From an uncultured Gammaproteobacteria bacterium (GTDB lineage Bacteria; Patescibacteriota; Patescibacteriia; SG8-24): 64,000 nucleotides of DNA. The first letter of the stretch is position 1; each line of letters begins with the position of its first letter. Position numbers and translations under genes: made by a program. The notes beneath the pieces were generated by a model. It made no database searches and had not been told where the DNA came from. It was given only the letters and a program-made list of their open reading frames with translations. The stretch lies in NCBI GenBank assembly GCA_964626205.1, contig CAZVED010000002.1, positions 23,708 to 87,707 of the forward strand, written 5' to 3'. Positions 18,836-28,369 of this stretch are shown here, in pieces.

Positions 18836-20158
18836 ATGCAGCAAAAGAAGCGCCTCATCATCGTCGCGGTCGCCGCAACTGTGACTGTTGCAGCCATTCT
18901 CGCTGCCATCCTCATCGTCATGCGTCCCGTCCGGCAAGCGGACATCGTCCCGCCGCTCCTTACCTCGAACGAGGTTGCAGAACTCGGGATCCGCGAAGAA
19001 TCCTTCACGCTACCGCCTCCTGAGCCGATGCCGACAGGGGAGTATGGTCCGCCCGCTCCGGAAGTCGTGCGCCAACCCTACCTCCCGCCGCCATCCATGA
19101 ACCTCACCAGCTCGCGTCTTGGCACACAACGCGTTCCTGGGAGCGAAGACGTCGGTGATGTCTATCAGATTCTTTTCCATGCGCGTGCATCCGCGTTGTT
19201 CATGGCAGTCATCGAGCCCACGGGGCTGCGCGCCATCTGGAAGCTGGATCAGCACGGGGCTTTCGAACGTGTCTTCGCGGTGAGCGAAGCGCAAGGGGAG
19301 ATACGCCTCTTCATGACGAGCGGAGGAGTGATGTACGTACAGGCGCATGGCGTCAAAGGCATGCTCCGTACCGACGATGCCTTCGCGACCATCCACCAGG
19401 TCGACGGCGACTTTGGGATGTTCTGGCAGATGACCGACAACGGTAGGGGAACGGTCTGGGGGACGCAGCATGAGTTCAACTCCGCCGTTCTGTTCCGCAG
19501 CACGGATAACGGCCTTACCTGGGAACCGTGGGTAGACTTTCATCAGCTCCTTCCGCAGGAAGCGCGGCGCTATGCGCAAGGTGACGAACGATTCCGGCTC
19601 CGCCACCTGCACGGCATCATCTTCAACGACAAGACGCAGGAACTCGTCGTAGGAACGGGCGATGTCGCACGCTACGCGCTCCGGACGCGCGACGAAGGAT
19701 TCACCTGGGAGCAGATCTGGGACGAAGGCTTCACCGCGTGGGCGCCGGTCCCCGGAGGAAGTCGCTACGTCCTCGGTCCGGATAAACTTGCAGGTCCAGG
19801 AATCGTCCTCTATGACGCCTGGGCAGACACGGTCCGCACGGTCTGGACGCCGTGGAAGCACGGCTATGCTGGGTACACCTACTCCATCATCAGCGCGGAA
19901 GGCATCCTCTACGCCGCGTTCCACACCGAAGCGAACGAGGTCGAGGAGCGGACGCCGCTCTTTGGTATCGTCGTCTCACCGGACGCTGAAACCTGGTATC
20001 CGTTCCTCCAATGGGGTCCGCTCGGCAACCATGCGCGCACGGACATTTGGCTCGCTCCGTCGCCCAGTGCAATCTACGCAAGCGTCAACGGCGCGCTCTA
20101 CGCCTTCAGTCCACTCGACCAGGAGTGGTTCACGAACAAGACTCCGTTCATGGAATGA
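18836..20158 (+). CDS. Membrane-anchored BNR/Asp-box repeat protein (sialidase-like beta-propeller)
   Basis: N-terminal TM (LIIVAVAATVTVAAILAAILIV). Asp-boxes are STDNGLTWEPW and RTRDEGFTWEQIW. The -10 TATACT at 18823-18828 is only 7 nt from the ATG, so the mRNA may be leaderless. Confidence 0.55.
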   Translation: MQQKKRLIIVAVAATVTVAAILAAILIVMRPVRQADIVPPLLTSNEVAELGIREESFTLPPPEPMPTGEYGPPAPEVVRQPYLPPPSMNLTSSRLGTQRVPGSEDVGDVYQILFHARASALFMAVIEPTGLRAIWKLDQHGAFERVFAVSEAQGEIRLFMTSGGVMYVQAHGVKGMLRTDDAFATIHQVDGDFGMFWQMTDNGRGTVWGTQHEFNSAVLFRSTDNGLTWEPWVDFHQLLPQEARRYAQGDERFRLRHLHGIIFNDKTQELVVGTGDVARYALRTRDEGFTWEQIWDEGFTAWAPVPGGSRYVLGPDKLAGPGIVLYDAWADTVRTVWTPWKHGYAGYTYSIISAEGILYAAFHTEANEVEERTPLFGIVVSPDAETWYPFLQWGPLGNHARTDIWLAPSPSAIYASVNGALYAFSPLDQEWFTNKTPFME

Positions 20159-20191
20159 AAAACGGCTCCCTGAAAGGGGAGCCGTCGTCGT

Positions 20192-20845
20192 TTACTCGAA
20201 GGTCAGACTGTTCATGACCTGCAGCATCTCGCGACGCCGCATGTCTTGCCGGGCCTTTGGCCACTCGGCACGGATGACCACCGTGTACTCCTGCGGCTGT
20301 TGTGGTAGACGCATGACCGCGAAAAAGACCTGTCTGGTTCCGCGCTCCGTCACCAGCACGCTCGTGAACCACGCCTTCTCGTCGTTCGACGTCTTGGTAG
20401 GGTATGCGCGAGTCATCCTCGCTCCATCGGCCTTCTCTTTCTCGAAGATGGCGTGCAACAAGTCTGGAACCGATGCCACATCGCTCGAACGACGGATGTC
20501 GATGCGGATCTCCGCGTCGCGATGCCCGTTCGTAAACAGGACGTCCGTGTTCGCGGCGAAGGAGACGTTCTTGAGGAACGACCCGCTCCAATCGGAGGAC
20601 GTCTCGTACCGCAGACGTACCGGTCGTGGCGCGGCGGGGTTGCCGTACGCGGTCGGGTTCCGGAAGACCTCGCGCTCCGTCATGAGCGGCGGGTCACGAA
20701 GCGGCTCGTCGCGCGTCACGGTACGGGTCACCACAGGAACCGTTCCTGCGGCCGCAAGCGGGTCCGTGGGCGAGTCCGCACTGGCTGGCAAAACTGCCGC
20801 CAGGATGGCAAAGACCGAAAGAACGCTGTTGGTTCTCATGCGCAT
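20192..20845 (-). CDS. Secreted protein, distant paralog of the lipoprotein family (AEWP motif)
   Basis: Start taken at MRMRTNSVLSVFAILAAVLPASA (signal peptide) with AAGGAGGAG upstream. The C-terminus ends ...VVIRAEWPKARQDMRRREMLQVMNSL. Confidence 0.55.
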   Translation of the reverse strand: MRMRTNSVLSVFAILAAVLPASADSPTDPLAAAGTVPVVTRTVTRDEPLRDPPLMTEREVFRNPTAYGNPAAPRPVRLRYETSSDWSGSFLKNVSFAANTDVLFTNGHRDAEIRIDIRRSSDVASVPDLLHAIFEKEKADGARMTRAYPTKTSNDEKAWFTSVLVTERGTRQVFFAVMRLPQQPQEYTVVIRAEWPKARQDMRRREMLQVMNSLTFE

Positions 20846-20934
20846 GAGTATCTCCTCCTTCGCAGCAGCGGGATGCCCTGCGAACATCTAGACCTACCAT
20901 GCCCGCCCATTCTTGGCAAGGATAAGGCTCAGGA

Positions 20935-20967
20935 TAAAAAAGGGGGCAGACCGAGTGTCTGCCCCCT
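20935..20967 (-). terminator. Intrinsic terminator of the 20978-21934 gene
   Basis: GGGGGCAGA-ccgagt-GTCTGCCCCC followed by TTTTTTATCC on the minus strand. Confidence 0.6.
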
Positions 20968-20977
20968 CACGAAAGGT

Positions 20978-21934
20978 TCAGTGATTCATCGACTCGTCGA
21001 CGACGATCGGGCCGTCCTCGCAGTGGACGGGGCCGTACTCGCCGTTATTGTACGCGTCGAGCATCGCGCCGAGCATCTTTGCGTTCGCGCTCGCGAGCGC
21101 GCCAGCGCCGCGATTCGACGTGCGGTAGGGAAGCTTGCCGTCCGCATCGGCGTTCGCGCTCATCCATGCCTGGGCGGCCGCAAGGTCGTCCATGAACGCG
21201 TCGGTACCGCCGGCCCCCGCAGCGACGTTGAGCATCGCAGCAATGAGCTGGTGGCCGAGAATGAGGCTCGCGTCGCCGCGTGTCGGGGTCTTCAGGATGA
21301 CCAACAGCTCCGCCTTCGTGTACGTACGGTTCCCGAGCGTCAACTCGTCGACCGGCCATGCCTCCGGATGGTTCTTCCAGAAGCCCTGCGTCAGCGTGCA
21401 ACCGTAGTCGGTCCCGGCATCCGGCTCCTCATCGCAGAGGAACGTGTATGCCACGAACTGGTACTGGCCGCCGACGCCCGTGAAGTGCAGGGACTGCGTC
21501 TGAACGTGCAGGAACTTCGCCATGATCTGCATCATGAGCGCATCACCGCACGCCGGCTCGCCGATCGCTTCGAACGGGATGACCACGGTCGAGGTCGTCG
21601 CGGTAGACGAAAGACCGAAGTTCTGGACGTACGGGCACTGCCACGGATCCGTAGACGTGACGGCACCGAAGGTCGCGCAGATCGACGTGTACACGATGAC
21701 GAATCCGGGAGATGCCGTGAACGTGACCGTCACTGCCGCATCGTCGGAAGACACCGTCGCCATGCCGGCCTGGACGGGGAAACCGTTCAGTGTCGACATG
21801 AGCGGATAGTCCGCCGCCGGGATGCTGAGCGTCTGCCGTTGCCCGGCGACCTCGTTCGGCTGCTCCGCCACGGCGCAAGCCCCGACCATGAGTGTCGCTG
21901 CGACCAGGAAACTCCATCGAACGATACGTGTCAT
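20978..21934 (-). CDS. Lipoprotein with conserved CTLTQGFWKNHPEAWP motif
   Basis: Starts MTRIVRWSFLVAATLMVGAC (lipobox VGAC), with RBS AAAAGGAGGA. The mature protein is Thr/Ser-rich and contains the GCTLTQGFWKNH motif and several Cys. Confidence 0.55.
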   Translation of the reverse strand: MTRIVRWSFLVAATLMVGACAVAEQPNEVAGQRQTLSIPAADYPLMSTLNGFPVQAGMATVSSDDAAVTVTFTASPGFVIVYTSICATFGAVTSTDPWQCPYVQNFGLSSTATTSTVVIPFEAIGEPACGDALMMQIMAKFLHVQTQSLHFTGVGGQYQFVAYTFLCDEEPDAGTDYGCTLTQGFWKNHPEAWPVDELTLGNRTYTKAELLVILKTPTRGDASLILGHQLIAAMLNVAAGAGGTDAFMDDLAAAQAWMSANADADGKLPYRTSNRGAGALASANAKMLGAMLDAYNNGEYGPVHCEDGPIVVDESMNH

Positions 21935-21959
21935 TGTGCGTCCTCCTTTTGGGTGGTTG

Positions 21960-22700
21960 TGAGACGCGGTCGCATGCTACAAGATTCCATGGATATGTCA
22001 AGGAGGTCGTAGCGCTATGCATCTTCGATGAAGCATTTTTTGGCTTTGTTAAGCTAAAAAATGCTTATTATCCTTAAAATTGGCTTAATCTAGCAAAAAA
22101 ACGACACTGGCGGTTATCGATAAATTTTGAACAAGCACGGCAAGAACATCTGCAAAAGATCTCTGACAAGTCTCAACAAGAGAGCTGGCTGCTCCATATC
22201 TCGCTTCGCCACGCCAGACACTTGCTGAACAAGCACGGCAAGAGAAAAGCATTTTTAGGGGGCCTCCCCCCGATCCCAGCCTTATTAAGTGTCGTCTAAG
22301 ATATATTGTGCGACACAGTAGAGACCACTCCTGGGCCGCTTCCCTCGCGCTCCTAGAGGTCAACGCCCCCGTACTGCTCTGGTGTATTTTCCCTGGGTGC
22401 TCTGGCCATGAAGTTCCATCCCTTGGCGCACACGCGACACAAGTCACTGGGACGAGACCCGTGCGCACATCATGGCGCTACCCCATCGTTGCCTTCTGCT
22501 GGATCGCCGGGCGCGCGGACTCAGTCCCCGACCATGGGATACTCAGTCGCACATGACATGGTTCCCCATCCTCCATTTTGGTCGTTTCTGAATGTGGACG
22601 AAAGTCCCTCGATGTGTCGTAAAATGTATATCCTGCGCCCTGCGTCCATTGACCAGCAATCCGCCTGCCGTATACTGACCGCACCGCCCTTTGCCATGGA
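21960..22700. other. AT-rich non-coding island with direct repeats
   Basis: No convincing ORF on either strand. GC drops sharply, visible for example at 22040-22140. TGAACAAGCACGGCAAGA occurs at 22128-22145 and 22226-22243. It ends in a TTGACC-N16-TATACT promoter (22657-22684) for the next gene. Confidence 0.5.
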
Positions 22701-22703
22701 GGC

Positions 22704-23270
22704 TTGCTAATGACGCCGACGCATGCACGCGCACTCGCCCACGAGAGCGGTCACGCCCTCGTCGCCTGGTTCTCGCCCAACTGCGAAAGTGTCGCGGAAG
22801 TCATCGCTCGCGAGGACGGATCCGGTATCGTCGCGAGTCACTGGCCTCCCGAAAAACCCGTCCGCGTGCTCTGGGAACGGACGTCCCAGATTCTCGGCGG
22901 CATCGCCGGCGAGTACTGCGCGCTCGGGTCGTACCGAGCCGGCGGCGCAGCGGATGACCTCATGAAAGCGATCAACGTCGCGCGACGCATCGTCCTCCTG
23001 CAGGGAGCGGACACCGTGCCATGGCAGGGCGATGCCTATGCCGAAAAACTCACCCACGTGGAGCGCGCATTCGCGAACGGTATCACCGACGACGAGGCGC
23101 TCGTCCTCAACCGTTCCCTGCGGCATGCGATCCACATGATCGAGCGGCAACGGACAGGCTTCGACGCGCTCCAGGCGCATCTCGCAACGCAGCGCCTCGT
23201 GTACGGTCACGAACTCGAAGCGCACTTCGGGAATCGAAAACTCATCCGCCTGTTCAGCATCTTCCGCTGA
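22704..23270 (+). CDS. Stand-alone FtsH-type (M41-like) zinc metallopeptidase domain protein, no AAA module
   Basis: AHESGHALVAWFSPN and LGGIAGEYCALG align with Fts[12 protein letters not shown] and [12 protein letters not shown] (zinc ligands H, H, E). The protein is 188 aa and GGAGG precedes the ATG. Confidence 0.6.
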   Translation: MLMTPTHARALAHESGHALVAWFSPNCESVAEVIAREDGSGIVASHWPPEKPVRVLWERTSQILGGIAGEYCALGSYRAGGAADDLMKAINVARRIVLLQGADTVPWQGDAYAEKLTHVERAFANGITDDEALVLNRSLRHAIHMIERQRTGFDALQAHLATQRLVYGHELEAHFGNRKLIRLFSIFR

Positions 23271-23278
23271 GCTTCTCC

Positions 23279-23306
23279 CCGCCGCATATGCCTGCGGCGG
23301 TTTTTT
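23279..23306 (+). terminator. Intrinsic terminator
   Basis: CCGCCGCA-tatgcc-TGCGGCGG followed by TTTTTTC. Confidence 0.6.
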
Positions 23307-23348
23307 CTTTACGCATATACCAAAAACGCCGCCCTTACCGGACGGCGC

Positions 23349-24596
23349 TCACGGAGCCACGAGATACTTCATCGGATCAACGGGGATGCCGCTCTTTCTG
23401 ACCTCGAAGTGCAGGTGGGGGCCGGTCGTCATCGTTCCTGCACCCGGCGTGCCCGGCATGCCGCCGCTGTAGCCGATGACCTCGCCCCGCTCGACGAACG
23501 TATCCTCCTTCACCATGATGCGTGAGATATGTCCGAACACCGTGGAGATGTTGTTGTTGTGCAGCAACATGATGTACGAATATCCATATCCCGCATCCTT
23601 CGCACGCGCCACGATGCCGGACGCCGGAGCGCGGACAGGCGTGCTTTGGTACGCGCGAATATCGAGCCCTGGATGCTCGTAGACATAGCGGAACGGGTAT
23701 TCCGGATCATGGAAGCGCGTGGAAATGCCGCGAGTCGGCACCACCGGCCACGAGAGCACGGTATCCCCTCCTCCGAGCCGGTCCGCGGTCTCGATACGTT
23801 CGCGCAACGTCCGCTCCAGCCGCCCGATGTCCGCGTCGGCTTCCTGTAACTCGCGCTGGAGTTCCGCGACCATATAGCGGTACCGAAGCTCCGACGATTC
23901 CGTCTCGACCAACACTGCGTTCTTGAGAATGCGGTCATCCTCAAGCAGCTCGCGCTCTGCGACAAGCTCCTGCCGTTTCACTGCGAGCGCGTCTTGGACC
24001 CTGCCGCGCTGCTCGCGTTCCATCGCGAGCGAGGCATGCATGCCCTTGATGGAGGCAAGCGACTTGTTCATGCCTGCCTGCATGTCGGACATCGCGCGGA
24101 TGTCGTCGAAGAATGCGGAGAACGTGTCGTGCGAAAACAGGATCTCGAACGCCGACCGGTTGAACTTCGCCCGATACAGCTTGCGCGAAAGTCCTGCCAT
24201 GATGACCTTCTCACGCTCCATCTGCTCCTCTTGCTCCACGATCCGCTCATCGAGCATCTTCACCTCGAGCTCCAACACCTGAATCTCCTGTCCAGTGATG
24301 TCGATGGACAACTGCGTCCGCGCGATCTTCGACTCGAGCAGGTTGATCTGATCGGCGAGCTCGGCGCTCTCGCCGCGCTTCTCGAGCACAAGGTTCTTGT
24401 AGCCGTCGATGCGGCTCGACAGCGACGAGAGATCGCGCTTTTTGTCTGCCACCTGATGGTTGATTTGTTCGATTTGTGTGCGCACGTCGGAGCCGTTCGA
24501 CGCCGTCTGCGCCGACACTGACACTGCCGCGAATGACGCCGCAGCGATGAATGCAGCGACGACGATGAGCGACCGATGCGATGACGCGAACCTCAT
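23349..24596 (-). CDS. M23-family murein endopeptidase with N-terminal coiled coil (EnvC-like)
   Basis: Signal/TM, then long heptad-rich region, then a C-terminal LytM domain (GLDIRA...HLHFEVRKSGIPVDP). Confidence 0.8.
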   Translation of the reverse strand: MRFASSHRSLIVVAAFIAAASFAAVSVSAQTASNGSDVRTQIEQINHQVADKKRDLSSLSSRIDGYKNLVLEKRGESAELADQINLLESKIARTQLSIDITGQEIQVLELEVKMLDERIVEQEEQMEREKVIMAGLSRKLYRAKFNRSAFEILFSHDTFSAFFDDIRAMSDMQAGMNKSLASIKGMHASLAMEREQRGRVQDALAVKRQELVAERELLEDDRILKNAVLVETESSELRYRYMVAELQRELQEADADIGRLERTLRERIETADRLGGGDTVLSWPVVPTRGISTRFHDPEYPFRYVYEHPGLDIRAYQSTPVRAPASGIVARAKDAGYGYSYIMLLHNNNISTVFGHISRIMVKEDTFVERGEVIGYSGGMPGTPGAGTMTTGPHLHFEVRKSGIPVDPMKYLVAP

Positions 24597-26104
24597 AGCA
24601 GCGTGATAGCAGTACGTAAACGCGCAATCGTCGCGTCTTTACCGAGCACGCAAGCAAGCTCAAATGGGCCGGGTGATGCCGCGCGGCCGGACAACGCTAC
24701 GCGCATAGGCCATAACGTTTCCGCGTTCGTCCACCCACGCTCCTTGATGTGCGCGATGCCTGCGGCTTCGAGCGTCAGACGATCTTCGAATTCACCGTCC
24801 GTACGAGCGGAAAGCCAGGCAACCATACCTTCCAATCGGTCCTTCGCGACCTCGGGCGTCGCCTTCTTGCCGGGAAGGAGTGCTGCATCGACCGCCACCG
24901 CTGCCGTGAACATGTAGCCTACCGCTGCTGGCAGCTCCGCGAGGACCGCGATGCGTTCCCGCTCGGAAGCGACCGCACGTTCGGCCTTTTTCCAGTCGAC
25001 CATAGTACCGTCTTCCGCGATAAACCCACCTTCCGCGTGACGCAACGTTCCTGCATGCTCGAGGAACGGCAATGCGCGCTGGAACAGCTCCGCCGGCGAT
25101 AACGCACGAAGGTACTGACCGTTCATCCAATCGAGCTTTTCTTTCGCGAACACCGCGCCCGCAGAATTGACCTTCGCGAGATCGAACGCGTCGGCAAGCT
25201 CCTGCTTGGCATAGATCTCCCGGTCCCCTGTCGGGTTCCAACCGAGCAGCGCGACGAAATTGACGAGCGCTTCCGGAAGGTATCCCTTGTCGAGGAAATC
25301 CTCGGCAGCGACGTCGCCTTGCCGCTTGGAGAGCTTCGACTTGTCCGGATTGAGCAGCAGCGGAATATGCGCGAACTCGGGCGGTGTCCAACCGAACGCC
25401 TTATACAGGACGACATGCTTCGGCGTGGACGGCAACCACTCCTCGCCACGGATGACATGCGTGATGTCCATGTGGTGATCATCGACGACGTTCGCGAGAT
25501 GGTACGTCGGGAACCCGTCCGTCTTGATGAGCACCTGATCGTCGATGAGCGCGTTCTCGAACGAAACGTCGCCACGCACAGCATCCATGAACGTCGTGAC
25601 GCCTTCTTTCGGCATCTTCATACGGATGACGTACGGCGTACCCTTGGTAATCTCCGCTTCTGCCTCGTCCTGCGGAAGATTGCGGCATTTGCCGTCGTAC
25701 ATCATGGGAAGCTTTGCCTCGGCCTGGGCCTTCTTCACCTCTTCGAGACGTTCGACCGAGCAGAAACAGCGGTAGGCACCACCCTTCTCAAGCAGCAGTT
25801 CTGCGTGCTCCTTATACAAAGCAGTCCGTCGGGATTGGACATACGGGCCCTTGTCGCCGCGCTCCTGGATAGAACCGTCCTCCGTAAGGTACGGACCTTC
25901 GTGCGGAACAATGCCGCAGCGCGACAACGTGCGCAGCAGACTCTCTACCGCTCCTTCGACGTAGCGCGTCTGGTCCGTGTCTTCGATACGTAACACAAAC
26001 GTTCCGGCGTGTCGCAATGCGAACAGCTCGTTATACAAAGCAGTCCGGAGTCCTCCGACATGCAAAAATCCCGTGGGTGATGGTGCGAACCGTACCCGTA
26101 TCAT
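24593..26104 (-). CDS. gltX: Glutamyl-tRNA synthetase
   Basis: Starts MIRVRFAPSPTGFLHVGGLRTALYN (HIGH-type motif). KLSKRQGD is the KMSKS motif. Confidence 0.9.
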   Translation of the reverse strand: MIRVRFAPSPTGFLHVGGLRTALYNELFALRHAGTFVLRIEDTDQTRYVEGAVESLLRTLSRCGIVPHEGPYLTEDGSIQERGDKGPYVQSRRTALYKEHAELLLEKGGAYRCFCSVERLEEVKKAQAEAKLPMMYDGKCRNLPQDEAEAEITKGTPYVIRMKMPKEGVTTFMDAVRGDVSFENALIDDQVLIKTDGFPTYHLANVVDDHHMDITHVIRGEEWLPSTPKHVVLYKAFGWTPPEFAHIPLLLNPDKSKLSKRQGDVAAEDFLDKGYLPEALVNFVALLGWNPTGDREIYAKQELADAFDLAKVNSAGAVFAKEKLDWMNGQYLRALSPAELFQRALPFLEHAGTLRHAEGGFIAEDGTMVDWKKAERAVASERERIAVLAELPAAVGYMFTAAVAVDAALLPGKKATPEVAKDRLEGMVAWLSARTDGEFEDRLTLEAAGIAHIKERGWTNAETLWPMRVALSGRAASPGPFELACVLGKDATIARLRTAITLL

Positions 26105-26119
26105 AGTGTCCGTAGTGTA

Positions 26120-26872
26120 TCAGTTTTTGGACCTTAAAGCCAGGAACGGAAACACAACCGTTGCCTTGAGAATACGACCAATACGATGCGGCTCCCGAAG
26201 AAGTCGCCATGCCCATTCAAGCCAAAGACGGCGCATCCACGCCGGAGCGCGCTTGGCGCGACCAGCGATGAAATTGAACGCCCCTCCCACGCCGATTGCG
26301 ACACGCACGCTCGGTAACGACAGCAGATTGGTATGAATCCATGTCTCCTGCTTCCCGTGCCCGAACGCCACCAAGAGCACCTCTGGTGCTGCCTCACGGA
26401 TTGCGACAAGCACCGCCTCTTCCGTTCGCCAAACGCCATCCGCTCCACGAACCAGTCTTCCACCCTCATGGACGCCCACGATACGGATTCCCGGATGCGT
26501 GATGCGTAACGACTCCGCCGCCTCGGCAGCCTCCCCATCCAGGCCGCCCAACAAAAACACCCCGCTCCCCTGTTCCGCCGCCAATGCGGCGACATCTTGC
26601 ACGATATCGGTCCCGGTGACGCGCTCAGGGAGGCGTTTGCCTTTGAGTCGGGCCACGAAAAGAAGGCCGTGGCCATCCGGAATCGCCAAATCCGCGCTCC
26701 GCAAGGCAGCCGTGAAGGCGGGGTCACGTCGTGCATCGACCAGCATTTCCGGGTTCGGCGTGGTCACAAAGCGACCCTTCGGTCCACGGTCATGAAGAAA
26801 GCCACGGAGAGCCTCCACGGCCTCGGCCCGTGTCACCGCGTCGATCGGAATACCCATGAGCGTCAGGCGCAT
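26120..26872 (-). CDS. WecB/TagA/CpsF-family glycosyltransferase
   Basis: Start taken at MRLTLMGIPIDAVT. The core sequence is ...RFVTTPNPEMLV...VFLLGG...VAFGHGKQETWI. Upstream in-frame residues on the track look non-coding. Confidence 0.7.
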   Translation of the reverse strand: MRLTLMGIPIDAVTRAEAVEALRGFLHDRGPKGRFVTTPNPEMLVDARRDPAFTAALRSADLAIPDGHGLLFVARLKGKRLPERVTGTDIVQDVAALAAEQGSGVFLLGGLDGEAAEAAESLRITHPGIRIVGVHEGGRLVRGADGVWRTEEAVLVAIREAAPEVLLVAFGHGKQETWIHTNLLSLPSVRVAIGVGGAFNFIAGRAKRAPAWMRRLWLEWAWRLLREPHRIGRILKATVVFPFLALRSKN

Positions 26873-26957
26873 ATGGGCATACTTTACTCCGAGCCGCTCC
26901 TCTGGTACAGTCGCCGGTCCCGCATACGGCGGGAAACGTTCCTTGCAGGGAGGCCCC

Positions 26958-27536
26958 ATGGCACCGATTACCTTCATTACGGGCGGCGATGGCAAATATC
27001 GTGAAGCCTTGTCGATCATCCCTACCCTCCTTCGGCGGAAGCTCGACCTCACGGAAATCCAAGAGCTCGACCCCCGGAAGATCGTCGAAGCGAAGCTGCG
27101 GGAAGCGCGATTGCACCAAGACGGCGACATCATCGTCGAAGATACGTCGCTCTACCTCGAAGCCTTCGGCGGCAAGCTCCCCGGCCCGCTTGTGAAGTGG
27201 TTCATCCACGGCATGGACGGATGCGCTGAAGCCTATCGGCTCATCGAGCGCATCGGACGCTTCGGCGCCGAAGGACGTTGCGTCGTGGGCTACATGAGCG
27301 CTGACGGGGAGACCATCGAGTACTTCGAAGGTTTTGTCCGCGGCACCATCGTGCGCCCAGCGCAAGGACGGAACGGCTTCGGGTGGGATCCCATTTTCCA
27401 ACAGGAAGGATACGATCGCCCCTACGCCGACATGACGCTCGAGGAAAAGTGCGTCGGCTCCCATCGCGCACAGGCGTTCCGGCTGCTCAAGGACTCCTTG
27501 GACGCCGACGCCGTGGCAACGAAAGGTGCGCCATGA
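26958..27536 (+). CDS. Non-canonical purine NTP pyrophosphatase (Ham1/RdgB/ITPase family)
   Basis: Start taken at MAPITFITGGDGKYRE. The C-terminal signature is GFGWDPIFQ. Confidence 0.75.
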   Translation: MAPITFITGGDGKYREALSIIPTLLRRKLDLTEIQELDPRKIVEAKLREARLHQDGDIIVEDTSLYLEAFGGKLPGPLVKWFIHGMDGCAEAYRLIERIGRFGAEGRCVVGYMSADGETIEYFEGFVRGTIVRPAQGRNGFGWDPIFQQEGYDRPYADMTLEEKCVGSHRAQAFRLLKDSLDADAVATKGAP

Positions 27537-28255
27537 GCAACTACCCACGAGACAGGACCGCGCTGCGGACATGCATCATCGCCTTCCTCACAGCGCATGG
27601 CGGGCACGCGAAGGCGAAAACGATCCATGCCGCCGTCGTGGCAGCAGGACACCGATGCCACGAACGAAAGCTCGTCTATCACCTGAACCTGCTCATTTCC
27701 CAAGGACACCTCGTCCGTGCAGGGACTGGCGACTACTGGCTTCCGGACGCGCTGGAGCGGTCAGGGGAAAAGACGCTGGCACGCTTCCCGTTTGGCACCA
27801 CGCTCAAGGGACGCATCCTCTTCGCCATGGTCGGGCGCGGCATCACGCGCACAGACGAGCTTCTGCACCACCTGCTCACGAAAGGCGTCATCCGCAAGCG
27901 TCCAGCACTCAATAACGCGCTCTCCGAACTGCGGAAGGAAGGCTACGTCACCCCTGTTGGGTACGGCGTGAACGCGCCTTCCGCGAAAACGTACGCGCAT
28001 GTCGGCATGGTACCAAAACCGGCCGTGGAGCCGAGATTCACGGAACGTGTACGACCGTCCATCATGAACTATCTCAAGGAACACGGGTCGACACGAAGCA
28101 TCGTCCTCATCCGCGCTTTCGGGGATCCGAAGATTAACCAGAGCCGATTCGCCATCTATGCAGCGCTCGACGGCCTGAAACATGACGGGTACATCGCACA
28201 AATCGCGCGCGCGACATGGGATGTGACCGACAAGCCGTATCTGAAGCCGGCATGA
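27533..28255 (+). CDS. Hypothetical protein with three winged-helix-like repeats
   Basis: Start MSNYPRDRT overlaps the previous stop (ATGA). Three ~70 aa segments each resemble a wHTH (...LISQGHLVRAGTGDYW..., ...LLTKGVIRKRPALNNALSELRKEGYVTP..., ...LDGLKHDGYIAQIARATWDV). Confidence 0.45.
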   Translation: MSNYPRDRTALRTCIIAFLTAHGGHAKAKTIHAAVVAAGHRCHERKLVYHLNLLISQGHLVRAGTGDYWLPDALERSGEKTLARFPFGTTLKGRILFAMVGRGITRTDELLHHLLTKGVIRKRPALNNALSELRKEGYVTPVGYGVNAPSAKTYAHVGMVPKPAVEPRFTERVRPSIMNYLKEHGSTRSIVLIRAFGDPKINQSRFAIYAALDGLKHDGYIAQIARATWDVTDKPYLKPA

Positions 28256-28369
28256 CCAACGACTGCCATCTCCGGGCGGTCGTTTTTTTCATCCGATGGA
28301 CGGACTTGTAGCCCATTGACCGGCTCGCCTCATCATGCTGAGATTCCCGCGCAACAAGGAGACCCTCCG

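Noticed and set aside
20453-22012. A 519-aa plus-strand ORF that spans two minus-strand genes.
   Set aside because: Its composition is extremely Arg-rich (RRxRxR...) and it is antisense to two well-supported lipoprotein/secreted genes. It is a GC-skewed frame artefact.
26873-27133. The N-terminal 87 residues of track ORF 26120-27133 (WecB-like).
   Set aside because: The upstream in-frame sequence is Ser/Arg-rich and runs across the divergent promoter region and the start of the Ham1 gene. The conserved WecB/TagA fold begins at MRLTLMGIPID.
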